In this document: one piece after another, positions 1 through 11,940 of the stretch
Position numbering within the stretch: position 1 is the first letter of the stretch
Layout of the letters: every line of letters begins with the position of its first letter
Assembly (NCBI GenBank): GCA_965113315.1
Contig: OZ220369.1
Reading direction: 5' to 3' (one strand)
DNA length: 64,000 nt
Source: Podarcis vaucheri
Lineage: Eukaryota
The notes under the pieces: generated by a model
Told to the model about the DNA's origin: nothing
Databases searched by the model: none
Seen by the model: only the letters and a program-made list of their open reading frames with translations
Position numbers and translations under genes: made by a program

Positions 1-1334
1 ACAATTAAAAGCTAGAAGATCTATTAAAACATACACAACAAAAACAGCACAACACCAGCCCTTTCATTAAAAGCATTCAGTTCCCAAAAGCCTGTTAGAA
101 TAAATCCTCACTTCCTCATTAAATAATTTGCTAGTTTCTTTTCGAGCTGCTTCTAGCCTATGAAAAGTGACATTTGCATCCTTAAATATGAACTTCTTCC
201 CTCAAAAAGATCAGCACCACCATATTTCTCTCCCTTTCCTTACCACCCTCTGGTGTATCTTGTTTTGTGGCCTCATCACAGCACCATCTCTACCCCCTCC
301 CCAGCTGATCTGCCCATGGTCTAACTCCCCTTTTCCCATTAGAATTGTAGATGAAACAAGTAGAGCTTCTGGATTTCCCCATATTTATCAGCAGGTTGCT
401 CTCATGTCTGCATATACAGTGGCTTGCATATACAGCACTCAGAAAGACCCACAAGATGTTGCAGTCTTGAGTATGCATCTGTAAGAGGAGGGGTAATATA
501 TTTTCAGGGAGTGCAGGCCTTGCATGATTATGGATGCCTGTACTGATGGATTTCTCATGCACATGTGTATAGAGAAAGAGTGCGACGAAAAGGTTGTGTA
601 TTGTGCAGGAGAAGAGGTGTTTTGCCATACAGACCCACACATGGCCAACGAGGGCCTGTGGGGAAGCTGGCTTAAGAAGAATGAGAAACCCTTGCAATGA
701 AAGCTTCTTTGCTCTGCCTTGAACTCCCACCTTCTAACAAACAGGGAAGCGAATGGCAGCCGCTGGCCAGAAATTGATTACATTAATTGATATGCCAATA
801 AGTGAGCTTGTTACATCTGCCATTGGTTAGGCCAACTAACAAGTCCTGCTGATCAATGAAACCAATAAAGATTTCATCCATTAATGAGCAACATGGTAAT
901 TAATGTTATCCATAAACCAATTAGCCTGGGTAGCTAATGTGCTTGTTAGTGCAGTGAATGGCAGATTGTGGTACATTTGGGGGAGGAGGGCATCAGCTGC
1001 AGTCATGAGAACAGTAGTCCTGTTCAGCTTTGAAGGAAACGGGAATAACAGTGGACATTACTTGGGAAAGACAAAGTACAGAAAAATCCACTGTGAGGCT
1101 CTCCTCAAGGCCCTTTCCTGTTAAGCAGCACCCAGTTGATGAAGACCATCTCGGAATCAGCTGGTTGTATTTCAGGGATGCGGCAAAATTCTTTTGGAGG
1201 GGAAGAAAATTGGAGTAGCCAGCATTTTTTGTTCCCCAGAAAGTCCTGTTCTCAGGTTTTGGTTTAATTTTAGAACTGTCAGTTTTTTACTAGTCACTGG
1301 AGGCCACCATTATAACAAGATAATAACGGCCCTT

Positions 1335-1475
1335 CTGCTACGACAGGCCAAAGGGGACCATCTAGTTCAGCATGCTGTTCTCACAGTGGCCAAGCAGATG
1401 CCTCAGTGAAGCCTGCAAACAGGACTCTCTCCCACTTGGGATTCCCAGCAGCTGACATATGAGACATACTGCCCC
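1335..1475 (-). mobile_element. Old CR1-type LINE 3' remnant
   Basis: Similar to the fragment at ~60.1-60.25 kb (ccatctagt..cagcat..tgttctcacagtggccaa..cagatgcc), which is preceded by a degraded TAAGAACA-like tail. Confidence 0.5.
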
Positions 1476-2214
1476 CAACACCAGACAGCATTTTGGTGTA
1501 CTGTGCTTGAATATGTATAGAAAAACACACACTCTTTACAGAAGAGTGGGCCATTCCTGCAAGCCCAACAGCTTATTTAATTTGAGAAGCACAGGGCTAA
1601 ATACACTTCTGAAGAAAGGGCAGAGGTTGTGAAAATAGATTGTCACTTTGTGCCACTCCCTGAAACTTTATAAGCCTGTATTACTAAGGAAAACTTTTTT
1701 TGTTTCTTCATTACATTTGTAGTTCTCTTTCCCCCCCCCTCTCCTGCCTTGCAAAAATCCAAAGATTATTTATGCAAAAGTGGCACAAAAGTTTTTAAAG
1801 TGATTCCATGCTCCCTTGTTTTTTCAGATGTGGAGGAGGAGGAAGTGGAGCTTTCTAGAGCTTGACTAGTTAAAAGTAAGCCTTCAAGAGTTCATTAGGA
1901 CTTATTCCTAAGTACATGTGATGATGAATCGTCAAAATGATTTGGAGAAACGAAGTTGGGGATAAAGTCAGTGGCACAATTTCAGGGAAGTGTTTGGGGC
2001 TCAATTTCACAAATGTTGCGCCAGCTCTAGCTTCTGCTCAACACAGACACTTCCTTTTGTCATCTATGGAGAACTGTGTTTGCTCAATCACATTTCTGCC
2101 CTGCTCCCTTCTTAGTGCTCAGAGAGACCAATAGTTTTAAAAATACAACACAAAGCTGGTGAGGAGAAATTAAATTAAAATGATATTAAAATTGCCCTAA
2201 GCCCCACCCCAAAT

Positions 2215-2494
2215 TTATTTCATAAAATTTATGCACCACCTGATTGTAAAACACTTCAAAGTTGTTTGCAAAAAGACTAAAACAATAAAATTATCAGTAA
2301 AAATAGTGAAAAACAATAATTTAAAATATTCCAACAATAATTAAAATCTACAATAAGTTAAAAACATATTAAAGCACATATAAACTTTCTACAAATCTGG
2401 GTAGGTTTGTCTAAGCAAAAAAAGTTTAACAGCCACCAAAAGGAATACAGGGAAGGTGCCTGTCTAATGTCAACAGGCAGGGAATTCCAAGTTG
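2215..2494 (-). mobile_element. L2 LINE 3' end fragment
   Basis: Minus strand encodes TWNSLPVDIRQAPSLYSF, the typical L2 ORF2 C-terminus, followed by an AT-rich 3'UTR. Confidence 0.7.
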
Positions 2495-2729
2495 TAAATG
2501 TCTTTTGCCCCTCCTCCTCTGCTTCAGCCTTGGACTCTGAACTGCTCCATGTCACTGGCTCTCCCTGCTCACCAAACCCTGTTGCCTCTTCAACATCCAG
2601 CCCCTCTTCCCAATCTTCTTCCTCTGATCTCTCCTCAGTGTCCCACCACCAATCCCCTGGCTGTCCTCCTTTGGGGGTTCCTTGTCTGGTGCCTCCCATG
2701 ACTCATCTTCAGCCAGCCAGTTCCTGACA
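2495..2729 (-). mobile_element. Partial LTR (5' portion) within L2
   Basis: Minus strand starts TGTCAGGAACTG, like the solo LTR at 46299-46733 (TGTCAGGAAACTG); purine-rich body; interrupts L2 sequence. Confidence 0.55.
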
Positions 2730-3950
2730 CCATAGCTGTGGTGTCAGTCACAGCTGGGAAAAGGTGTTTCTAACCACTGAGACTGACCTGGGCCTCCAGT
2801 GACAAAGCTGGACTCAGAAGCACTTCCCAGACTGTGAACCTGCTTATTCAGAGCAAGTACAACCCCATCCAGGGTAGGCAATTGACCAATTTCTCAGACA
2901 TAGGAACTGTTCATCCACAGTGCCTCTGTCTCACCAGGATTCAAGCTCAGCCTTTTCTTCTCATCCATCTCACCATTGCATCCAAGCACTGGTCCAGGGA
3001 CTGCACAGCCTCTCCCGATTCAGAGCTGAGTAACATCAGCACACTGCTGACACTTTGCCCCAAAACTCCTAAGGACCATTCCCAGCGGCTTCATAGAAAT
3101 ATTGAATAGCATTTGAGATAGGATAGTTTCCTGCGGCATCTCATAACAAAGCCTCCAGGGGCCAAAAAGCACTCTCTTAATGCTGCTGTCTGGGTTCAGT
3201 CCTGAAGTTAGGATTGGAACCACTATCACACAGTGCCCCCATTCACTGGAGTCAGTCTAGAACAGGGGTCTGCAACCTTTAAGACAAAAAGAGCCACTTG
3301 GACCCGTTTCCGAAGGAAAAAAAAAAACGGGAGCTGCAAAACGCGTCATTATAAAAATAACTTTTTTGTCACTTTTTTATTATTTCTTTATTTGATCCCT
3401 CAGAATTATGCCTCATAGAAATAAACGTTAAATTAACAAGTTTCCTTTTTGTGTGTGTGTGTTCTTCACTCCCCTTCAAAACAGTGACCAGCGTACATGC
3501 CCCCTTTCAATGCAGTGACCAGCGTACATGCCCCTTACAATGTAGCGGGTGGGCGGGAAGGTGACGTCGGGATGGTGCGTGACTAACGCACGCACCGCCC
3601 CCATGCGACGTCACAGCCAGTACAGCGCCCGCCACAGTGGGGAGTGTCAGGGTGCACAATGCGTCTCCTCCCCTTGCTAGTATCCACCCCGGAGCCGCAG
3701 CAAAGGTGTAAAAGAGCCACATGCGGCTCCGGAGCCGCGGGTTGCAGACCCCTGGTCTAGAAGGATGCCATGGCCAGTGGTATCAAAAGCCAACAAGAAA
3801 TCAAGAAGTAAGAATAAGGTCATACTCTCACTGTTTTGCTCTCCTCAAAGGTCAGCCATCAGGATGGCCAAGGCCAACTCAGTCCTGTGGCTAGGCCTGA
3901 ACCCATTTTGGAATGGATCTGAACAAACAAGTCTTGAGTATTCATGGAAC
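2730..3950 (-). mobile_element. Degenerate L2 RT fragment, split by hAT element
   Basis: Minus ORF 3020..3229 contains PQETILSQMLFNISMKPLG...QCADVTQL (decayed PQGSILSPMLFNIY..YADDTQL); continues after 3762. Confidence 0.75.
3263..3754. mobile_element. Non-autonomous hAT (Charlie-like) DNA transposon, 492 bp
   Basis: Perfect 15-bp TIR CAGGGGTCTGCAACC / GGTTGCAGACCCCTG; exact 8-bp TSD GTCTAGAA (3255-3262, 3755-3762); CpG-rich interior. Confidence 0.95.
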
Positions 3951-6900
3951 CACTTTAGGGCTTAAACTTAGAAACACAGCTCGTAGAAGGAAGTTCATTG
4001 TGGTTTAGTTGCTACAGTGGTGCCTCTGTATGCCTGTCCTGTGTGCTCCATGTGGTGGAACATAAAGCTATGTTTAGGGAGAGGGGTTATGCTAAGAGGA
4101 TTTGGGAACATTGCTGACTCTCCACCACCTCCACCCCACTTGTCAGGAGGTAGGCCATCATCTTCTGTGCCAGCTGGCTACTTGTCTTAACACTTTGTTT
4201 AAAAATCAACATATTTATAATATTCAGTTGAGCCCTGGCCTATTACCAGGACTGTCTTTGCAGGCAGTTGCCCCCCTTCCTCCTCCAGAAAGCACATTTT
4301 AGAGATCTAGCTTCAAAGTAGCTGCAGTCACCAGATTTGGAGTATGCTTCCAGCCACCTTGCTAGAGGGACTTGATGAAAGGCATATATAGTCATTGCTA
4401 CTTCCTGGTGTTTCAAGCAGAGCAGTCAACCTACAAACCTGTTAAGATTCTGAACCTGAGATACCAGTGAAGCCTAAACACCACATCCTCTGTGGGTCCC
4501 TGTCATCTCCCCTCCCTCCCTAGCCACGGTTCATAAGACTGTGTGGCATTACCACTTTGGTCTTATTTAGATTCAGCCTCACTTGGCTCATCTACTTCCT
4601 TGTCTTGGCAAGTCCCTGAGTGAGCACAGACTCTGCAGACTTGGGCCAGATGAAAAAAGGCGGACTGAAGTTTTATCATCTGTAGAAAAAATGCTGAACA
4701 CTAAACCATTGTATGATTTCATTTAGTGGCCTTGTATGCACAAGGAAGGGGATGACATGAAGAAAACCTGCAGGACTCTGCCAGGAAGGGTCAGTTTTCT
4801 GTTATAACCACTGTGCTTTTCCTGCCAGAAATGAGCACAGCCCCTCCACATCAGTTTTATGAGAGATTGCTCAGTGCCACCATTAAGTCCCCAACCCTCA
4901 TAAAAACAGCAACAGTTTCCAGAGATTGCATAGCTGGGGCTGGGGCAACCCAGTCAGATGGGTGGGGACAAATAATAACAATATGGGGTTAATCTGGTGG
5001 CCACCTGCTCTCTGCCAGTGTACTCTATCCCCCTTCAGTCATTGGAGCAAAGGTGGTATATAGATGTAGCAGGTAAGTATTGCTCTGAGAAGGAGGTGTG
5101 ATTACCCTTCCCCACCCTAGCCAGCACATAATAAGGCAATAAAAATGTGGAGGGGCAACCAAACAGTATATTGTGGGTTAGAAAGAGAAAGAGTATTTAT
5201 GCGATAACATGGCTAGTCTGGAAGGGGTATAGGGCCTGAGAGGGCCCAGAATGATGAAGATGGAGGAGGGTGCACATAAAGCAATAACAGTGCCTCCAAA
5301 TGCCTAGCCCGATACTTGGTTGCCAGCAGTTCCTTTGCATTGTTAGGAATTGACCCTAGGAGACCCCTTGTGGATTCCCTAATTGAAAATTAATACTAGA
5401 TCAATGCCATGAGCAATTTGCATATTGATCATAAACAACTTTGAAGGCACCAAGTGTGTGTCAGATCAATAGGACTCTCTGTAGGCTGCGGCGGAAGTGC
5501 CTCCTTTCGCCTCAGTCTGCACTCCACATGCAGTTAATGATTTGGGGATGTCTTTAAGTGCAGAAGAAGAAAGGGGAACCAGTTGGGGTTGGTGTGGATG
5601 GAGGGTGGCAATGAGATGTGAAGCAGCTTAAGACTTGGCAGCCTTTGAGCAATGCTCCCTGAGTGAGGAAGTTGGTAAGCAACAGTTATCCTAGTTTCTG
5701 GTGTGAAACTCTTTAAAGAAGGACTTTGAGGGTCAGTTGCAGTAGGATGCAGTACTATATATCTTTATTACATATCATTAGGTGTCAGGCAGAAACACTT
5801 CTCTTTTCCTAGCCTTTGGCTAGTTAAACAATATATGGTCTTTAAAATGAGGGGGTATTGTTTTTGTTTGTTACTATTGTTTATATTTTTGTAATTTTAT
5901 ATTGTAAACTACCCTGCGATTTTCTGATGAAGGGCTCTATAGAAATTTAATTTAATAACACATACTATGGGCAGCCTAGGGATAACCATCATTTGACACA
6001 CACACCCCATGTGAGTTGCCAGTAGGTTCAAGAAAGCCCCATGCATCTGATTGCTTCATTATAGAGCCTTTCATTAACTTGGCTGTGCTGATGAACTGCC
6101 ACTGGCTGCAGGAGCACATAATTGAGAGAATGAGATTCATAGTGCAGGTGTTTTAGAGTCAGCTGTTGGGCTTGGGTGGCTAGTCCTAGGGCACCTGACA
6201 TGCTGTTCTACATCTCTTGGAAGGCACAGCAGGGTCCCCCTCTGTGGAAAAGTAGAGCTTGGACTTTCTGTCTCTCGTTTCTTTAGAGTCCAACAACAGG
6301 GTCTTCAGGAAGCTGAATTCTCCTTTGCCAAAGCAATTACAAGCATCTAGCTGGTTTTGCTGCCCAAGCTGGTGATGAAGTTGCTCAATCTTCTGCTATC
6401 TCCAGGCACCCTCCAAAGAGACCAGATGCTGGGGTTTATCACTAGGGTTTCTAGATGACTGCTCCACCCATTTGGCAGCAATAGCTACTGGCTCCCATGT
6501 TAGTGCAATTTTACTTGTTTTGCCAAATTACAGTAAGTGCTTGGGCCATGCTCTGAGCAACTCATCCCCCCACCTGGATTTGCTTTAGAGAAAGACCCAG
6601 CAGCATGAGGTCGTTAGAAGCAGTTCAAGGTTGAATGTCATCCTCTAGTTCTCTAAGGAACATGCAATGAGGGGTATAAAGCCAAGGCTGAATTCAACAG
6701 CAATTCTACATGAGTGTGAGGTATTGGCAGGAATGTGAGGTACTCACTGTGTATGAGGTAATTGCTCAGTGCAACGTATCAGTGGTGAAGCTGAAGGTTA
6801 CATGTTATATGGTTCATTGGTTCAGTGTAGCATGGTGAGCTGGCATGGTAAAGTGCTGCTGGATCTCTCTGCAAACTTGTTTCTTTACAATGTTTATTTC

Positions 6901-8012
6901 TAAGACCAGAATAACTGTATTAGAGTAGATTAGTTCATGAAGTTACCAGCATCTTTTTAAGTTTATGTAGCTAGTTTGCTTATGATTGTATTGTGCCATG
7001 AGATAATAAACACTTTATACTTTGAACTAAACTGAATAGGAAATGTGTTTTCCTAATTAGGAACTCTGGAAAAGGCTGACTAGTGGAAAGCAGGAAAACT
7101 CTGGTGGTCTGCTGGAAGACTGCAAGAACAGTACATACTCTTGCTGATCACATTGGTCAAAGTGTGGTGTAGTATCAACAACAGATGGTGGTACCAAGTC
7201 TAATAGTTTATGGGCCAACTGACTTCAAACAGTCTATCCAAAGGGAATCATTGATGGTGCAAATCTGAAGTATATTTGCTTGCATTTCTCCTGCAAAAGC
7301 AAGCTTCTAGCCTCTTGTGACCATAGATAAATCACAATGCCTTCTTGGCAATTCCTGCTTCATCTGGGGTGGGGGCACCTTTGTGCAGCACTCAGTTGCT
7401 TCACATTTTCCCTGACTCATGAATTTGTGGCATGCCGGACTGTTAGGGTATAATGCTGTGCTGCCACTATGACTGCAAAGCCTTCTTCCTTATGATGCTC
7501 ACACATTGGCTAAGAGGGTACATATGCTTGTGCCTGCTTGCTTATTGGGTACCTGTAGAAATCAGTGGGACACCATCAAGCATGTTTCACATTTTGTTGT
7601 GAGAGTTCCTGATTACTACCTGGCTGCTTCTCTGACTTAGTGCCTTGAGATGAACGTCTACCTTTCTACCTTTCTCTATCTTCTCTCTGTATATAATCTA
7701 AAAGCAGCAGACTCTATCAAAAAGCAATATAAAATTGCCTGCAGAGATGAAACGGATTAAATTTAAAGACCTGGGAAAAACAAGGAGGCCCTCACCTATC
7801 ATGGAAATAACATCTAGGTAGGTGCCTGGCAGGGTTCTTTGGGGAGAGCATTCTAAGAGCAAAACTCCCTGGTAGCTACTTGCCAGACGTCAGACAACTG
7901 ATGATGGCGGTGATTATCTTAGTGTATAGACAGGCCCATATGGAAGATAGCTATCTTTCAGGCTAATGCAGCTAATTGTGTTTCTAATTTGATGATTAGT
8001 ATTTGGATTTTA

Positions 8013-8378
8013 GCCGGGACGCAGGTGGCGCTGTGGGTAAAAGCCTCAGCGCCTAGGGCTTGCCGATCGAAAGGTCGGCGGTTCGAATCCCTGCGGCGGG
8101 GTGCGCTCCCGTAGTTCGGTCCCAGCGCCTGCCAACCTAGCAGTTCGAAAGCACCTCCGGGTGCAAGTAGATAAATAGGGACCGCTTACCAGCGGGAAGG
8201 TAAACGGCGTTTCCGTGTGCGGCTCTGGCTCGCCAGAGCAGCGATGTCACGCTGGCCACGTGACCCGGAAGTGTCTTCGGACAGCGCTGGCCCACGGCCT
8301 CTTGAGTGAGATGGGCGCACAACCCTAGAGTCTGGCAAGACTGGCCCGTATGGGCAGGGGTACCTTTACCTTTACCTT
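8013..8378 (+). mobile_element. Full-length Sauria SINE
   Basis: tRNA-like head with A box (GGTGGCGCTGTGG) and B box (GGTTCGAATCC), (ACCTTT)n tail, 13-bp TSD TATTTGGATTTTA (8000-8012, 8379-8391); CpGs intact. Confidence 0.95.
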
Positions 8379-9188
8379 TATTTGGATTTTATAAGGTTGT
8401 TATCTGTATTCAGCCTCTGTCATGAAGGGAGAGCATATAATTGAAAAAAGATGAATTGTTTTGTGTAGAGCACTGCTAGGGGTCAAGCCATTCACCCCCC
8501 CATCTCCCTACATAGTACTTCATTGCCTAAGAGAGAAATGATGTCTGCGGGAGAGGTAGCCTGACCCATTGCTCTTGTCTGAGAGGCTCAAAGGGTAGGA
8601 CAGTTTTGTAAGAAACAATCTCTCCCTCCACCACTTTGACCAGGGTCAGCCCAAAAAAACGTGGTCACGCTTCCAACGACTGTACCACATAATCCAAAGA
8701 ACCCTGGCCAGAATACTTTGCAATGAATGTCTTGGGGTTACTAGGACTCCTCTGGATGTGGCTACAAACTATCAGATTTAATCCCATTAGCAAGGATTCA
8801 GCTGGCACCTTGCCCTTAAACAAAACTTTTGGGTGGCACTGAGTCTGCCTTTGTGGAATGGGGGTTTTGTATGTCCTTTCTTCTGTTCTTGTCCCTTTAT
8901 AGCTGCCTGTGGCTTCTAGAAGGTTGTCTTTGGTAGCTGCATTTGGACGACCTGAGAGTATCAAGGTATAAATACCTTCTGGGTATTCCAGCCAACCTTT
9001 GGGTGGCTTCTCCTTCAGGAGTTGCTCACTGGTGTTGGGCATGTAGCCAATCTGTACTTGGCCTGAGACCTGTATTGGGGGGAGGGGAAGCAAAACACTG
9101 TGTTTATTGTAGAATTCACATAAGGCCTCTCTTCTGCACACCTACGCTCATATGCATAGTGAGCCAAGGATAGATGCTCTGATTTCTA

Positions 9189-10557
9189 TTTTTTAAAAAA
9201 TTCAATCTTTATTTGGTTTATAAACGACACAGATACACGTGGGGGCAGGGGGACCCCACAGCACACAACTTACAAATCAAAAAAAGAAAAAAAGAAGAAA
9301 ACAGTACAACGCGAAAACAAAAATATTTCAGCCATTGACTTCCGACCTCCTTGGTGTGGTGGGTTCTTTGTTTCCTTGTTACTTGCCCCTATTTTTCAAT
9401 AAACTTAACCTGTATTAAATCTTATTTATACCTTATGCAATTCCGAGAGTTATTCAAAGCATTCTAAAGTTTTAATGTGGGGGACAATTTTTTTTAGGTA
9501 TTGCCCCAAATCTCCCATTCCTTTTTAAACTTTTGGGTCGATCTATCCCTGATCTTTTCCGTCATAATCGCTAGTTCCATATATTCAAGCAGTTTAACTT
9601 GCCACTCCTCTTTTGATGGAATTTTATCTCCTTTCCACCCCTTGGCAATCAGCATCCTTGCTGCCGTTGTTGCAAACAAAAAAATCCTCCTTTTCTCTCT
9701 TGGGATGTCTGATGCCATAATGCCTAAGAGGAAGGCTTCAGGTTTTTTGATAAACGTTATTTTAAACAGTTAAAAAATAATAATCCCAAAAACTCTTAAT
9801 TTTTTTACAACCCCACCACATGTGGTACATTGTTCCCTCTAGCTCTCTACACCTCCAGCATAAATTTGAGTTGATTTTGTACATTTTGGCCAATTTGCTG
9901 GGGGTGAAGTGCCATCTGTATAGCATCTTCATAAAGTTTTCTTTTATAGTAAAACAAGCTGTAAATTTCAGTTCCCTTCTCCATAAATTTTCCCATTCCA
10001 CCACCTGTATGTTATATCCAAAGTCCTTCACCCACCGCACCATAACTGCTTCTTTCACTTCCCAGTCTAGCAATACAGTGGTGCCTCGCAAGACGAAATT
10101 AATTCGTTCCGCGAGTTTTTTCATCTAGCGAATTTTTCGTCTTGCGAAGCATGTGTCGGAAAAGTTTTGGAAAAGCTTCAAAAATCACCAAAAACCTCAG
10201 AAAAGGCTACCACACCACGTTCTATGAGTTGCTCCTCGAAGTAAAGTCACAACTTATTAACAGTGTTAAGAAAAAGGAAACAAACTTGCAAGACGTTTTC
10301 GTCTTGCGAAGCAAGCCCATAGGGAAATTCGTCTTGCGAAGCAGCTCAAAAACCGCAAAACCCTTTCGTCTAGCAAGTTTTTCGTCTTGCGAGGCATTCG
10401 TCTTGCGGGGCACCACTGTAGTCTGTACATTTTGGAAAGTAATTTGTCTTTATTTTTCAATAGACCTTTCTCTTATTCCGATATTTCTATCGCAAAACCA
10501 ATTTTTTTATCTAGCTTGAAGATGTCGTTCAATTGGTAGTATTGTAGCCAGTCTGTG
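9189..10557 (-). mobile_element. 5'-truncated L1-clade LINE (ORF2 C-terminus + 3'UTR), interrupted by MITE
   Basis: Minus ORFs with CWRC-x7-YHMWWGC zinc knuckle and FLFATTAARMLIAKGWK...EWQVKLLEYMELA; A-rich tail on minus strand near 9189. Confidence 0.9.
10076..10418. mobile_element. Tc1/mariner-pogo (Tigger-like) MITE, 343 bp
   Basis: TIR CAGTGGTGCCTCGCAAGACGAA / TTCGTCTTGCGGGGCACCACTG, TA TSD on both sides; removal restores L1 ORF2 SKMYRL|LLDWEVKE. Confidence 0.93.
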
Positions 10558-11494
10558 AGATGAGATGACTTCTAGATGGCCGGCCTAGGTGTTCAGAGTA
10601 AGGAGGAGGGGTGCTGTGGTGTCAGCTGCTCCAGATGGATGCAGAGTTCTTGTCTCCTGCCCTGTGCAAGATCCAGGCAGGTCTGACCACCTGGTATGTG
10701 AATCTGACAATCTGGCAAGTAAGGACTGGCTTGGTGTTACCTGCCTTCTACCTGACACTGCTTTCTTGACAGAGGTAATCAGCACTTTGCTGCAAATACG
10801 CACCACTATCCCTGCATTTCTTTTTCTTGTTTGGCCCATGCCCCCTTTGAAGCAGGGGCCCATTTGTACAGCACATGGTGCACTACTGTCAATTTTGGTG
10901 GCAATAAAACTGATAATGCAGAAAACGTGATTGAGCAACTTTCACAAAGAAAGTGTACACCACTTTGAACATGACAGAGATGACTTCCGTGCTGAGGAAA
11001 TGCCATATGTGAAGTGGGTCTGGCTGGAAGCAATGTTCAGGGAGTCCTGGTCTGAATGAAGCTGCTGATCTTCTCCGCTTAAGGAGTATAGGCCATTTGT
11101 TCAGAACTTGGAATAACTCTTGGATTGTCTCTCCTTCCTGACTGTTAACAGGAAAGGCTTCCATCTGTCCTCTAGGTTAGAGCCTGGAGCAAACAGCATC
11201 TTCAGTGCTGATTTATTTTGCGGGTATAAATGAAACCACAGCTCAGAGTTGTCTTTGTTGACTTGTCCAGTTTCTGCATTTATATCTGACATTTCATTTC
11301 TATCCAGGCTTTTTCAGACAAGGTGCACTCAGAAGTAGTTGGCGCTAGGGTTTCTTTGAAGATGGGTGTGTGTGTGTTTGTATGTGTGTGCATATCTGGG
11401 CCAATGACCTGGCAGTCTCAAGCTATTTGTCTTTACTGCTGCTCTCCTCATGGAGGTTCCCAGTGTCATTCCTGCTTCTGACAGTGTCATTTTA

Positions 11495-11940
11495 GAGGGT
11501 GAAACCTAATTTTTGCAAATTTCTTCAGTGAGGGGTCTTGAAAATATGTTTTGGGGTAAGAAATTCAAATCTGCTAATATTTTTGTGATTAGACAAAAAT
11601 ATTGTCCAGTGGTAAGTCCTAGCTTGGTAAGTCTACATTTGATAAGGAAGCACATAAACTGTTTTTGGAAAACCAAAAGATTTTAATTTTATCTTCTGAA
11701 TATGTCAGGTATTGTGAAATAACAATAAATAAGAATAAGAATATTAATATGTAATATAACTGCAAGCACTTGACATTCTTTTAAAATGATTTCTGTGCCA
11801 TTTTACACACATTTTACTTACCAAGTAAAATTTAATTATATTAGTTTAACCAAAATATATTTTGAATTCCCAAGTCATGTTACAACTTTTTAGCACTTCT
11901 TATTTTTGGAAGTTAAAAGTTGAAAAATTCAACACACCCT
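11495..11940. mobile_element. Probable old DNA-transposon remnant (unclassified)
   Basis: AT-rich block bounded by short inverted AGGGTG/CACCCT ends; no clean TSD. Confidence 0.3.

Noticed and set aside
2358-2699. Acidic 113-aa minus ORF
   Set aside because: Chimeric reading across a purine-rich LTR fragment and an L2 3' end.
10076-10418. Repeated CGTCTTGCGA units resembling a CRISPR-like array
   Set aside because: Irregular spacing, enclosed by TIRs and TA TSD in a vertebrate intron: internal MITE repeats.
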